This document shows, piece after piece, positions 43,009 through 52,298 of a stretch of 64,000 nucleotides of DNA. Position 1 is the first letter of the stretch. Each line of letters starts with the position of its first letter. The translations under genes and the position numbers were made by a program. The stretch spans positions 73,070 through 137,069 of the forward strand of contig CAVTYO010000017.1 of NCBI GenBank assembly GCA_963738915.1, given 5' to 3'. Origin of the DNA: an uncultured Alphaproteobacteria bacterium (GTDB lineage: Bacteria; Pseudomonadota; Alphaproteobacteria; Rhizobiales; Xanthobacteraceae). The notes below the pieces were generated by a model. The model did no database searches and was not told the DNA's origin. It saw nothing but the letters and a program-made list of their open reading frames with translations.

Positions 43009-44751
43009 ATGCGCCGCCGCGAGGTGTTGAAACTGTTCACCGCGGCGGCGCTGTCGGGCGCCGTGCCTTGCCTGCCCGCCCGCGCGGCCGACGGCGACGA
43101 GCTTTACGACATCGGCCGCTTCGGCAATGCGCGGCTGCTGCACATGACCGATACGCATGCGCAGCTCGATCCGGTGCACTTCCGCGAGCCGAGCGTCAAT
43201 CTCGGCATCGGCGCCATGGCCGGAAAGCCGCCGCACCTTGTCGGCAAGGCGTTCCTCGAGCATTTTGGCGTCGCCGCGGGAAGCCGCCTCGCGCACGCCT
43301 ACACCTATCTCGACTTCGCCGAGGCCGCGCACCGCTATGGGAAGCTCGGCGGTTTCGCCCATCTCAAGACTCTGATCGATCGCCTGCGCGCCGAGGCCGG
43401 CGCCGGGCGCTCGCTGCTGCTCGACGGCGGCGATCTGTGGCAAGGCAGCGGGCTTGCCGACGCGACGCAAGGCGCCTGCATGGTCGACGCCGCCAATCTG
43501 CTCGGCATCGAGGCGATGACCGGGCATTGGGAATTCACCTATGGCGAAGTGCAACTGCGCGCGAACCTGAAGAAATTCAAAGGCGAGTTCCTGGCGCAGA
43601 ATGTGTTCTTGACCGAGGAAGCCGCGTTCAACGACAAACCGGCCTTCGACACGGCAAGCGGGCGCGTGTTCAAGCCGGTGGCGGTCAAGGAGGTCGGCGG
43701 CGCCCGCATCGGCGTCATCGGCCAGGCATTTCCTTACGTGCCGATTGCGCATCCCAGGCGCTTCACGCCCGACTGGACCTTCGGCATCCGCGACGCCGAA
43801 TTGCAGAAGCTGGTCGACGAGCTGCGCTGGAAAGACAAAGCCGACGCCGTGGTGCTTTTGTCGCACAACGGCATGGACGTCGACTTGAAACTCGCGAGCC
43901 GCGTCACCGGCATCGACATTATCCTCGGCGGCCATACTCACGACGCGGTGCCGCAGCCGATCATCGTGATGAATGCGGGCGGCAAGACGCTGGTGAGCAA
44001 TGCCGGGTCGAGCGGCAAGTTTTTGGGCGTGATCGATCTCGACGCCGGCAACGGCACGGTCAAGGCTGTCCGCTATCATTTGCTGCCGATCTATGCCGGC
44101 CTGCTGAAGGCGGACGCCGCGATGCAGGCGCTGATAGATCGAGAGAGCCAGCCGCACGCCGCCGCTTTTGCCGAAAGGCTCAGCGTCGCCGGCGACCTCC
44201 TTTACCGGCGTGGCAATTTCAACGGCACCATGGATCAGTTGATCTGCGACGCGCTGCGTCAGGAACTCGATGCGGAGCTGGCGCTGTCGCCCGGCTTCCG
44301 CTGGGGCAATACCATGCTGCCGGGCGAGCCGATCACGCTTGCCGATGTAATGTCGGAAACGGCGATCACCTATCCTCAAGTCTATGTTCAGGAGATGACC
44401 GGGGCGCAGATCAAGGCAATCCTGGAAGACATCTGCGATAACCTGTTCAACCCCGATCCTTATTACCAGCAGGGCGGCGACATGGTGCGCACCGGCGGGA
44501 TGGATTATGCCTGCGCGCCGGCGGAAAGCGTCGGCAGCCGCATTTCCGATCTCACGCTCGATAACGGCAAGGCGCTGGACGCCAGCAAGAGCTACAGGGT
44601 CGCCGGCTGGGCCTCGGTCAATCCGCAGGCCGGCAAGCCGGTCGTCGAGATCTTTGCCAAATACCTGCGCGGGATGAAAACCGCGCAACCCAAGAAGCGC
44701 AACGCCGTTGCGCTCAAAGGCGTATCAAACAATCCGGGAATCTCCGGGTAG
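43009..44751 (+). CDS. soxB: Thiosulfohydrolase SoxB
   Basis: Tat signal (MRRREVLKLF) and dimetal 5'-nucleotidase-family motifs (LLHMTDTHAQ, GGDLWQGS, LSHNG, GGHTHD). Confidence 0.93.
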   Translation: MRRREVLKLFTAAALSGAVPCLPARAADGDELYDIGRFGNARLLHMTDTHAQLDPVHFREPSVNLGIGAMAGKPPHLVGKAFLEHFGVAAGSRLAHAYTYLDFAEAAHRYGKLGGFAHLKTLIDRLRAEAGAGRSLLLDGGDLWQGSGLADATQGACMVDAANLLGIEAMTGHWEFTYGEVQLRANLKKFKGEFLAQNVFLTEEAAFNDKPAFDTASGRVFKPVAVKEVGGARIGVIGQAFPYVPIAHPRRFTPDWTFGIRDAELQKLVDELRWKDKADAVVLLSHNGMDVDLKLASRVTGIDIILGGHTHDAVPQPIIVMNAGGKTLVSNAGSSGKFLGVIDLDAGNGTVKAVRYHLLPIYAGLLKADAAMQALIDRESQPHAAAFAERLSVAGDLLYRRGNFNGTMDQLICDALRQELDAELALSPGFRWGNTMLPGEPITLADVMSETAITYPQVYVQEMTGAQIKAILEDICDNLFNPDPYYQQGGDMVRTGGMDYACAPAESVGSRISDLTLDNGKALDASKSYRVAGWASVNPQAGKPVVEIFAKYLRGMKTAQPKKRNAVALKGVSNNPGISG

Positions 44752-44759
44752 AGGATGAC

Positions 44760-45200
44760 ATGGTTGCTCGTTTCCTGAGCCTGCTGGCGATCGCGGCAGT
44801 GCTGCTCGCGCCGGTCGCGGCGCAGACGCCGGCAGCCGACAAGCCGTTCGCCGAGCATCACCTGGTGTTGCAATTGTCCGACAGCGAGCAGGACAAGCAG
44901 CTGCTGGTGCTCAGCGTCGCCTATAACCTGCTCAAGGCCTACGACCCGGACAAGATCGCGATCGAGGTGGTCGCCTTCGGTCCCGGCATCGACCTCTTGC
45001 GCGCAGGAAGTCCCAACCGCGCGCGCGTCGACAGCCTGATCTCGCAGGGCGTGCAGTTCGATATCTGCATGAATACCGTCGACACGCTCGAGCGCGAGGG
45101 CAAAAAGGTCGAGATCAATCCGAAGGCCGTGAAGGTGCAGGTCGGCGTTGGCCGCATACTGGAACTGGCCGAAAAGGGCTATACGCTTGTTCGTCCATGA
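44760..45200 (+). CDS. Exported DsrE-family-like protein, paralogue 1
   Basis: Signal peptide (LLAPVAAQ). DsrE-like fold pattern with one conserved Cys (FDICMNT) and C-terminal GYTLVRP. It starts 8 nt after soxB. Confidence 0.7.
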   Translation: MVARFLSLLAIAAVLLAPVAAQTPAADKPFAEHHLVLQLSDSEQDKQLLVLSVAYNLLKAYDPDKIAIEVVAFGPGIDLLRAGSPNRARVDSLISQGVQFDICMNTVDTLEREGKKVEINPKAVKVQVGVGRILELAEKGYTLVRP

Positions 45201-45676
45201 AACGGGAGAGTGATATGAGAGCGGTTTCGCGCCGATTGGTCACCGCCGCGGCGGTTGTTGCAGGCTTCGGGCTCGCCGCACGCGGCCAAGCCGCCGACAA
45301 GAAGGAGCACCGCGTCGTCTTTCAGGTCGATCAGAATGATCCGGCGGTGATGAACCTCACGCTCAACAACGTCGCCAACCTGATGGAATATTACCACGAG
45401 AAAGGCGAGCAGGCGCAGATCGAGGTCGTCGCCTACGGGCCGGGCCTCAACATGTTTCGCGACGACAAGTCGCCGGTGAAGGACCGCATCGCGCGCATGA
45501 AGAGCGGTGCGTTCCCCTCGAACGTCGCCTTCTCCGCCTGCGGCAATACCAAGAAGGGCATGGAAAAGGCGGAAGGCCACGCCATCGACATCATCCCCGA
45601 AGCGACGATCGTGCCGGCAGGCATCGTGCGCCTGACCGAGTTGCAGGAGCAGGGCTGGAGCTACATCCGGCCGTGA
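45197..45676 (+). CDS. Exported DsrE-family-like protein, paralogue 2
   Basis: ATGA overlap with paralogue 1. It has a twin-Arg-like leader (SRRLVTAAAVVAG), shares IEVVAYGPG with paralogue 1, keeps a conserved Cys (FSACGNT) and ends GWSYIRP. Confidence 0.7.
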   Translation: MKRESDMRAVSRRLVTAAAVVAGFGLAARGQAADKKEHRVVFQVDQNDPAVMNLTLNNVANLMEYYHEKGEQAQIEVVAYGPGLNMFRDDKSPVKDRIARMKSGAFPSNVAFSACGNTKKGMEKAEGHAIDIIPEATIVPAGIVRLTELQEQGWSYIRP

Positions 45677-45687
45677 GGAGAAATTTC

Positions 45688-46179
45688 GTGAAGCGGTTGT
45701 TGCTGATGGCGCTGGCTTTCGCGTTCGCTGCGGCGGCTCATGCCGAAGACGCAATCGTGACCTTCAAGTCGCTGGCGCCCGATACCGCGCTGGAGCTGGC
45801 GCGGGCGGCGTTGCAGCGGTGCCGCAAGGACGGCTTCCAGGTCGCGGTGGTGGTGATTGACCGCTTCGGCGCGCCGCTTGTCGTGCTGCGCGACCGCTAT
45901 GCCGGGATCGGCGCCGTCGACATCGCCACCGGCAAGGCCTGGACCGCGGTCAACTTCACGCTCGATACGTCGGAGTTCCTCAAGCGCATCAAGGACGGCG
46001 CGCTCAGCGCCGGCCTCGCCGCACAGCCCAAGGTGACGCCGCTGGCCGGCGGTCTCATCATTCAGGCCGGCGGCTCGGTTCTCGGCGGCGTCGGTGTGGC
46101 AGGCGCGCCTGGCGGCGACAAGGACGAGGCCTGCGCCAAGGCCGGGCTCGATTCCGTCCGCGACAAATTGGATTTCTAG
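45688..46179 (+). CDS. Exported GlcG/HbpS-like (DUF336) heme-binding-family protein
   Basis: GTG 45688 is preceded by GAGGAG. Signal peptide LLLMALAFAFAAAAHA. The motif GGVGVAGAPGGDKDEACAKAG is typical of GlcG/HbpS. Confidence 0.72.
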   Translation: MKRLLLMALAFAFAAAAHAEDAIVTFKSLAPDTALELARAALQRCRKDGFQVAVVVIDRFGAPLVVLRDRYAGIGAVDIATGKAWTAVNFTLDTSEFLKRIKDGALSAGLAAQPKVTPLAGGLIIQAGGSVLGGVGVAGAPGGDKDEACAKAGLDSVRDKLDF

Positions 46180-46193
46180 ACTGCGCCGGATTG

Positions 46194-49100
46194 TTATTGC
46201 GGGCGTCTGAGATCGAGCGTGGTCGGGTATTCCGGCGAACCTTGCGCCGGCGGCGGATCGATAAAGCCGGCGGTGTGGCCGATATTCTCGAAGCGGGCAC
46301 GGCGGCGCGCCTCGGCTTCGTAGGAGTTCACCGGGAAAGTCTCGTAATTGCGTCCGCCCGGATGCATCACGTGATAGACGCAGCCGCCGAGCGAGCGCCG
46401 GCTCCAGCGGTCGACGATGTCGAAGGTGAGCGGCGCATGCGCGGGAATGGTCGGGTGCAGCGAGTTGGCGAGCGCCCAGGCCTTGAAGCGCACGCCGGCG
46501 ACGAATTCGCCGGCGCTGTCGGCCGGCGTGAGCGGCAGCGCGCGGCCGTTGCAGGTGACGACGTGGCGCGCCTGATCAAAACCCCGCACCTTGATCTGCA
46601 CGCGCTCGACGGATGAGTCGACGATGCGCACCGTGGCGCCGGCGACGCCTTCCTCGCCGAGCACGTACCACGGCTCGAGCGCGCCGCGCATCTCCAGTTC
46701 GACGCCGCCGTGCTGCACGGTGCCGTAATGCGGAAAACGGAACTGGCGCTGGGCGTCGAACCAGACCGGGTCGAACGGATAGCCGGCACCCTTGAGGTCG
46801 TCGAGCACCTGCAGGAAATCGGCCCAGACGAAGTGCTCGAGCATGAAACGGTCGTGCAGCGCCGAGCGCCAGCGCACCAAAGCGCCGTCGAGCGGCGCCC
46901 GCCAGAACCAGGCGATGAGCGCTCGCAGCAATAATTGCTGCGCCAGACTCATGCGCGCATCCGGCGGCATTTCGAACGAGCGGAATTCGACGAGGCCGAG
47001 ACGGCCGGTCGGGCTGTCCGGCGAGAACAATTTGTCGATGCAGATCTCGGTGCGGTGCGTATTGCCGGTGACGTCGACCAGCATGTTGCGGAACAGCCGG
47101 TCGACCAGCTCCGGCGGCGGTTGCTCGCCGCCCCCGGGCGGCGGCACCTTGCCCATGGCGATTTCGAGTTCGTAGAGCATGTCCTGCCGCGCCTCGTCGA
47201 TGCGCGGCGCCTGGCTGGTCGGGCCGATGAACAGGCCGGAAAAGAGATAGGACAGCGACGGGTGGCGCTGCCAATAGAGCACGACGCTCTTGAGCAGGTC
47301 GGGCCGGCGCAGAAACGGGCTGTCGGCGGCATCGAGCCCGCCGAGCACGACGTGATTGCCGCCGCCGGTGCCGGTGTGGCGGCCGTCGATCATGAACTTG
47401 TCGGTGCCGAGCCGCGACTGCCGCGCGTCTTCATATAGACCCGTGGTGATCTCGACCGCCTCGCGCCACGACGTGGCGGGATGGACGTTGACCTCGATGA
47501 CGCCAGGGTCGGGCGTTACCTTGATGAGGTTGACGCGCGGATCGTGCGGCGGCGTGTAGCCTTCGATCTGCACCGGCATGCCGAGGCTGGCGGCGGTATC
47601 TTCGACGGCGTTGAGCAGTTCGAGATAGTCGTCGAGTTTTTCGATGGGCGGCATGAACACGCACAGGCGTTTGTCGCGCGCTTCGACGGTGAGCGCGGTG
47701 CGCACCGGAATGCCCTTGGCGACCAAAGCGGGCTTGCGCGGCATCTTGTCTTCCGGCGCGGGCGGCGGCGCGTCGCTGCCGGCTCCGGCGCCGACCGTGG
47801 CTTTCGCCCGCGACGCGGGCAGCGGATCGCCGTCGGGATCGGCCGGCACCAGATGCGGATAATCGGCAGGATTGAAATAGGGCAGCGAAGAAAGCGGCAG
47901 CCGCAGGCCCATCGGTGAGTCTCCGGCGCTCAGGAACAGCGGGCCGCGGCGCGTGTGCCATAATTCGCTGAGCCAGCTCGTTTTGCCCTGCGCGCTTGCG
48001 CGCTGCACCGGCAGGACGAAACCGGCAGGCGCGGGAAGCTGCTGGCCGGCCGTGTCCTCAAATGCCGGTTGCGCGTACTCGGCCGCGAGTTTAAGCCGCG
48101 CCGCGATGCCCTCGGCGAAGCGCCGTGCGTCGCTTGCGGAAGCGGCTTTCGCCGGCGCCTCGCGCGCAATCAACGACAGGTCGCGCCAGATCGGCACGCC
48201 GTCGCGGCGCCACAGCAGCGACAGCGCCCAGCGCGGCAGCGGTTCGCCCGGGTACCACTTGCCCTGGCCGACATGCAGCAGGCCGCCGGGCCCGTAGCGA
48301 TCGTAAAGCCTGCGCACCAGTTCGTCGGAGCGCTTGCGCTTGTTCGGCCCGAGCGCTGCCGTATTCCACTCCTCCGACTGGTAGTCGTCGATCGACACGA
48401 AGGTGGGTTCGCCGCCCATGGTCAGGCGCACGTCGTCGGCGGCAAGATCGGCGTCGACTTTTTCCCCGAGCGCGTCGAGCGCAGCCCAGGCCTCATCGGA
48501 GAACGGCGCGGTGACGCGCGGCTTCTCGGCGATGCGCTTGACGCTCATGTCGAAGAAGAAGGACACGGTCGCCGGTTCGACCAGCCCGGTGATCGGCGCC
48601 GCCGAGCGGTAATGCGGCGTCGCCGCGACCGGGACGTGGCCTTCGGCACACAGCAGTCCGGAGGTCGGATCAAAGCCGATCCAGCCGGCGCCGGGCAGAT
48701 AGACTTCGGCCCAGGCGTGCAGATCGGTAAAATCCTGCGTGGCGCCCGAAGGGCCGTCGAGCGCCTTCACGTCGGGCTTGAGCTGGATCAGGTAGCCGGA
48801 AACGAAACGCGCGGGCAGGCCGATGTGGCGGAGGATCTGCACCAGCAGCCACGCCGAGTCCCGGCAGGAACCGGCGGCCGAGACCAGCGTTTCTTCCGGC
48901 TCCTGCACGCCGGGCTCGAGCCTGACGATGTAGCGAACGAGCGTGTGCAGACGCTGATTGAGTTCGACGAGGAATTCGACGGTGTTGCGCGGCTCGCGAG
49001 AAATGGTCTTCAGCAAGGCCGCAAGATGCGGGCCCGCCGGTTCCGGCACGACATAGGCGGAGAGATCCTCGCGCAGTTCATCGGGAAACGAGAACGGCCA

Positions 49101-49403
49101 TTTTTCGGCATAGGGCTCGACGAAGAAATCGAACGGATTGATGACTTCGAGATCGGCGAGAAAGTCGACCGTCACCGAGAACTCGGTGGTCTTTTCCGGG
49201 AAGACGAAGCGCGCGATCCAGTTGCCGTGCGGGTCCTGCTGCCAGTTCACGAAATGCTGCTTCGGCGTCACCGTCAGCGAATAGCTGGGGATGCGGGTGC
49301 GCGAGTGCGGCGCCGGGCGCAGGCGCACGAGCTGCGGCCCGAGGCCGACCGGCTTGTCGTAATTGTAGCGGGTGACGTGGTTGAGGGCGGCCAGGATCGA
49401 CAT
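46194..49403 (-). CDS. Large transglutaminase-family protein (Bact_transglu_N + transglutaminase core + DUF2126)
   Basis: 1069 aa. N-terminus [11 protein letters not shown] and the Cys/His/Asp core ([33 protein letters not shown]). The long C-terminal region is of the DUF2126 type. Confidence 0.85.
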   Translation of the reverse strand: MSILAALNHVTRYNYDKPVGLGPQLVRLRPAPHSRTRIPSYSLTVTPKQHFVNWQQDPHGNWIARFVFPEKTTEFSVTVDFLADLEVINPFDFFVEPYAEKWPFSFPDELREDLSAYVVPEPAGPHLAALLKTISREPRNTVEFLVELNQRLHTLVRYIVRLEPGVQEPEETLVSAAGSCRDSAWLLVQILRHIGLPARFVSGYLIQLKPDVKALDGPSGATQDFTDLHAWAEVYLPGAGWIGFDPTSGLLCAEGHVPVAATPHYRSAAPITGLVEPATVSFFFDMSVKRIAEKPRVTAPFSDEAWAALDALGEKVDADLAADDVRLTMGGEPTFVSIDDYQSEEWNTAALGPNKRKRSDELVRRLYDRYGPGGLLHVGQGKWYPGEPLPRWALSLLWRRDGVPIWRDLSLIAREAPAKAASASDARRFAEGIAARLKLAAEYAQPAFEDTAGQQLPAPAGFVLPVQRASAQGKTSWLSELWHTRRGPLFLSAGDSPMGLRLPLSSLPYFNPADYPHLVPADPDGDPLPASRAKATVGAGAGSDAPPPAPEDKMPRKPALVAKGIPVRTALTVEARDKRLCVFMPPIEKLDDYLELLNAVEDTAASLGMPVQIEGYTPPHDPRVNLIKVTPDPGVIEVNVHPATSWREAVEITTGLYEDARQSRLGTDKFMIDGRHTGTGGGNHVVLGGLDAADSPFLRRPDLLKSVVLYWQRHPSLSYLFSGLFIGPTSQAPRIDEARQDMLYELEIAMGKVPPPGGGEQPPPELVDRLFRNMLVDVTGNTHRTEICIDKLFSPDSPTGRLGLVEFRSFEMPPDARMSLAQQLLLRALIAWFWRAPLDGALVRWRSALHDRFMLEHFVWADFLQVLDDLKGAGYPFDPVWFDAQRQFRFPHYGTVQHGGVELEMRGALEPWYVLGEEGVAGATVRIVDSSVERVQIKVRGFDQARHVVTCNGRALPLTPADSAGEFVAGVRFKAWALANSLHPTIPAHAPLTFDIVDRWSRRSLGGCVYHVMHPGGRNYETFPVNSYEAEARRRARFENIGHTAGFIDPPPAQGSPEYPTTLDLRRPQ

Positions 49404-49553
49404 GGGGTCTTGTTACTCTAGCGACTAAAAGCGTGTCGTGGGTGCAGGCCCGAAAGCCCATCGAAGTGCCTCGTAAGCATGCAAATTCCGGGCCGCCAAC
49501 AATGCACCGGACACAGGCGTTGCGCCAGCCGCACCGGCGCGAGCATGCGCCGG

Positions 49554-51050
49554 TCAAATACGCCGCAGCGGGTTGGTCAGCGCCAGGAAAAAGCCCCCGG
49601 TGGTGAACACCGCCATGGCCAGAAAGGCGGCGCTGAACGCCTGGCGGATATCGGCCTGGACCGCCGCCTGCGCGACCGTCAGCGCCGGCGCCATCTGGCG
49701 GCTCTGGATCGTGGCGGCGAAGACGTGCGCCGCCTCCGGACTTTTGATCGTGAGCACGCCGAACAGAATGGTGGCGACCAGCGCGGTGCCGAAGGCGGCG
49801 CCGATCGAGCGCGAGAACTGCACCGAGGCCGCCGCTTCGCCCAGCCGCGCCTGGCCGGCGGCGCTTTGCACGCTGACCTGCACGACGCCCATCACCGTGC
49901 CCATGAACAGTCCGCTGAGCAGCATGATGATCGCAAACTGAGTGGCGCTGAGGTCCGATGCCCAGACCGCAAGAATAATGAAAATGACGGTGGCGAACGC
50001 CAGACCGCCGATCGGGTAAACCGTGGTCAATCCGGTCTTGCTCACCAGCCGCCCGGTCACCAGCGACCCGGCGCCGATGCCGATAGTCAGCGGCACCAGC
50101 AGCAGGCCGGTGTCCGACGGCGTAAAACCGCGCACCACTTCGAGGTAGATCGGAAGAAACGTGATCAGCGAGACCAGCGCTGCGCCGTGGCAGGCGGCGA
50201 GCGCGTCGCTGTGCCAGATCGCCGGCTGGCGCAACAGTTTCAGCGGGATCAGCGGCGACGCGGCACGGCTCTCATGGCGCACCAGCAGCGCGACGGCGAT
50301 CAGCGCCAACACAAACAGCGCGCCGCCCACCGGCAGCGCCGCGACCTCGACGTGCTGGATCTGTTCGAGCGCCAGCAGCGTCGTCGTCACGAAGATGGTG
50401 AAGTAAAGCAGGCCGCCGGGGTCGGCGCGCCAAGGCACGCGCTCGACGGCGGGATTGGGCAGCCGCCACGTCAGCGCCAGGGCGCCGAGCCCGATCGGCA
50501 CGTTGATGAGGAATATCGACGGCCAGCCGAAATGTTCGGTCAGGTAGCCGCCGGCGACCGGGCCGAAGCTGTTGGCGCAGACCGCGACCGCGGCGAGGTA
50601 GCCCTGATAGCGCGCTCGCTCGCGCGGAGGAATCGTTTCGCCGACCAGCGCCTGCGACAGCGTCATCAGGCCGCCGCCGCCGAGCCCTTGCAGCACCCGC
50701 GCCAGCGTCAAAAGCTCAATCGTGGGCGCCGCGGCGCAGAGCACCGAGGCGACGATGAAAAGCGGCAGCGCGTAGAACATCAGCCGGCGGCGGCCGAATG
50801 AATCGCCGAGGCGGCCGTAGATCGGCGCCGCGATGGTCGCGGCGATGAGATAGGCGACGACGACCCAGGAGGCGCGCTCGACTTCGCCGGTCCCTGCCGC
50901 AATCGCCGGCAGCGCCGTGGCGACGATGGTCTGGTCGACCACGGCCAGAAACATCGGCAGCATGATCGAGGGAAAGATCGTCAGGAAGGCGGGAGATTTT
51001 CCGGGCGCGGGCGGCGAGGGTTTTGTGCTGTGGTCGGCCCGGTTCGGCAA
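49554..51050 (-). CDS. MFS transporter, DHA2 (14-TM, EmrB/QacA-like)
   Basis: MFLAVVDQTIVATALPAI motif and 14 hydrophobic segments. The ORF runs to 51182 but then overlaps the USP gene by 100 nt. TTG 51050 is a possible start; the start is uncertain. Confidence 0.75.
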   Translation of the reverse strand: MPNRADHSTKPSPPAPGKSPAFLTIFPSIMLPMFLAVVDQTIVATALPAIAAGTGEVERASWVVVAYLIAATIAAPIYGRLGDSFGRRRLMFYALPLFIVASVLCAAAPTIELLTLARVLQGLGGGGLMTLSQALVGETIPPRERARYQGYLAAVAVCANSFGPVAGGYLTEHFGWPSIFLINVPIGLGALALTWRLPNPAVERVPWRADPGGLLYFTIFVTTTLLALEQIQHVEVAALPVGGALFVLALIAVALLVRHESRAASPLIPLKLLRQPAIWHSDALAACHGAALVSLITFLPIYLEVVRGFTPSDTGLLLVPLTIGIGAGSLVTGRLVSKTGLTTVYPIGGLAFATVIFIILAVWASDLSATQFAIIMLLSGLFMGTVMGVVQVSVQSAAGQARLGEAAASVQFSRSIGAAFGTALVATILFGVLTIKSPEAAHVFAATIQSRQMAPALTVAQAAVQADIRQAFSAAFLAMAVFTTGGFFLALTNPLRRI

Positions 51051-51082
51051 AGCTGGAAAAGTCCCGATGGTACGTTTGACGC

Positions 51083-51913
51083 CTAGTGCGCCATCAAGAC
51101 CGGCAAAGTGGCGTTGGCAAGGATGTGCCGTGTGGCGCCGCCGAAAATCATCTGCCGCAGGCGGCTCTGGGTATAGGCGCATTTGACCAGCAGGTCGCAG
51201 CCGAGGGAAGCCGCGTGCTCGAGAACGATCTCTCCGGGAGAGCGCGTCCGCGGCTTGACCGTTATGGCGTCGGCCTTGATGCCGTTGCGGCGCAGATGAT
51301 GCGCCGCCTCCTCGCCGGACGGTCCGGGCACGATTCCGCCCTCGACCATCAGCACCGTGACCTTGTCGGCCTTGTGCAGCAGCGGCAGCGCAAAGGCATT
51401 GGTGCGCGCCTGCTGGGTGCTGCGGTTCCAGTGGATGAGAATGTTGCGGCCGATGCTCTTGGGCACCACCGCCGGCACGATCAGCACCGGGCGGCCGCAG
51501 TCGAACAGCGCGATCTCCAGCGGCGGCGTGCGCGGATTCTGCGGATCGGGTCCGGGCCGCCCGAGCGCGATCAGGTCGAAGACGCGTCCATGGCTGCCGA
51601 TGAAGCTGTCTTCCTCGGGGTCTTCGCGCGGCCAGCTGTAAGAAAAGACCGCCGGCTCCTTCTCCGCTTGCGGCACCTTGTGGCGCTGCATGAAGCTTTC
51701 AAACAGGGTGCGGGCCTGCCGCGCCGAGTCGCCCTCGTAGGCGCCGGAGATGGCGAGGCTGCTCACCGGCTCGACGGTCACGTAGCTCGCGGGCGAAGGG
51801 CGGACGGCGAAACCTTCCATGTAGCTGCCGAAAGCCTGCGCCACGAGGCGCGCGCCTTCCAGCACCGCCGGCATGGCGTCATGATCCTCGGTTGGGATCA
51901 AAATGGTCTTCAT
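51083..51913 (-). CDS. Universal stress protein, tandem UspA domains
   Basis: ATG 51913 (MKTILIPTEDHD) and the C-terminal USP ATP-binding-like motif (LLVKCAYTQSRLRQMIFGGATRHIL). Confidence 0.8.
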   Translation of the reverse strand: MKTILIPTEDHDAMPAVLEGARLVAQAFGSYMEGFAVRPSPASYVTVEPVSSLAISGAYEGDSARQARTLFESFMQRHKVPQAEKEPAVFSYSWPREDPEEDSFIGSHGRVFDLIALGRPGPDPQNPRTPPLEIALFDCGRPVLIVPAVVPKSIGRNILIHWNRSTQQARTNAFALPLLHKADKVTVLMVEGGIVPGPSGEEAAHHLRRNGIKADAITVKPRTRSPGEIVLEHAASLGCDLLVKCAYTQSRLRQMIFGGATRHILANATLPVLMAH

Positions 51914-51997
51914 GGCAAACCCGGTCGAAACGGAGAGCAATGACTGCCGTTACATATTATAGTGTCCCAGCGCCGGGACCTAGCGCGATCTCGCGCG

Positions 51998-52222
51998 TCA
52001 GCGCTTGCGGATGCGAAAGCTGAGCACGCCATCGGCTTCAGCCTTGTTTTCGAGAATGTCGCCGGTCTGCCGCAGCAGATTGGGAATATCGATCGCGGTG
52101 AGCGGGTCGGTGCATTCGATGCTGAGCACGTCACCGCTGGTCATGCCGGCGAGCGCCTTGCGCGCGCGCAGCGCCGGCAGCGGGCATTTGAGGCCGCGCA
52201 GGCTCATCGCTTTTTCCGTCAT
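51998..52222 (-). CDS. tusA: TusA/SirA-family sulfurtransferase
   Basis: 74 aa with the diagnostic LKCPLP (CPxP) motif near the N-terminus. Confidence 0.8.
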   Translation of the reverse strand: MTEKAMSLRGLKCPLPALRARKALAGMTSGDVLSIECTDPLTAIDIPNLLRQTGDILENKAEADGVLSFRIRKR

Positions 52223-52298
52223 GCCGCGCCTTTATTGGCCGGTTGGCCGCTTCAGGTGTTGAGGTAGACTGAATTATCGGGACGTCACAAGGTCAAGC

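Noticed and set aside
42442-44688. 748-aa ORF on the minus strand opposite soxB. Similar long ORFs occur opposite the moeA genes (52293..54542, 749 aa), atpG/ohr (6312..7712), priA (58..1275), proA, obgE and the histidine kinase.
   Set aside because: These ORFs are Arg/Ala/Gly-rich with no recognisable motifs. Each lies antisense to a gene with unambiguous family signatures. They are typical shadow ORFs of high-GC DNA.
51051-51182. A 5' extension of the MFS transporter ORF.
   Set aside because: It overlaps the 3' end of the USP gene by 100 nt on the same strand, and its composition is not transporter-like. The start is probably internal.
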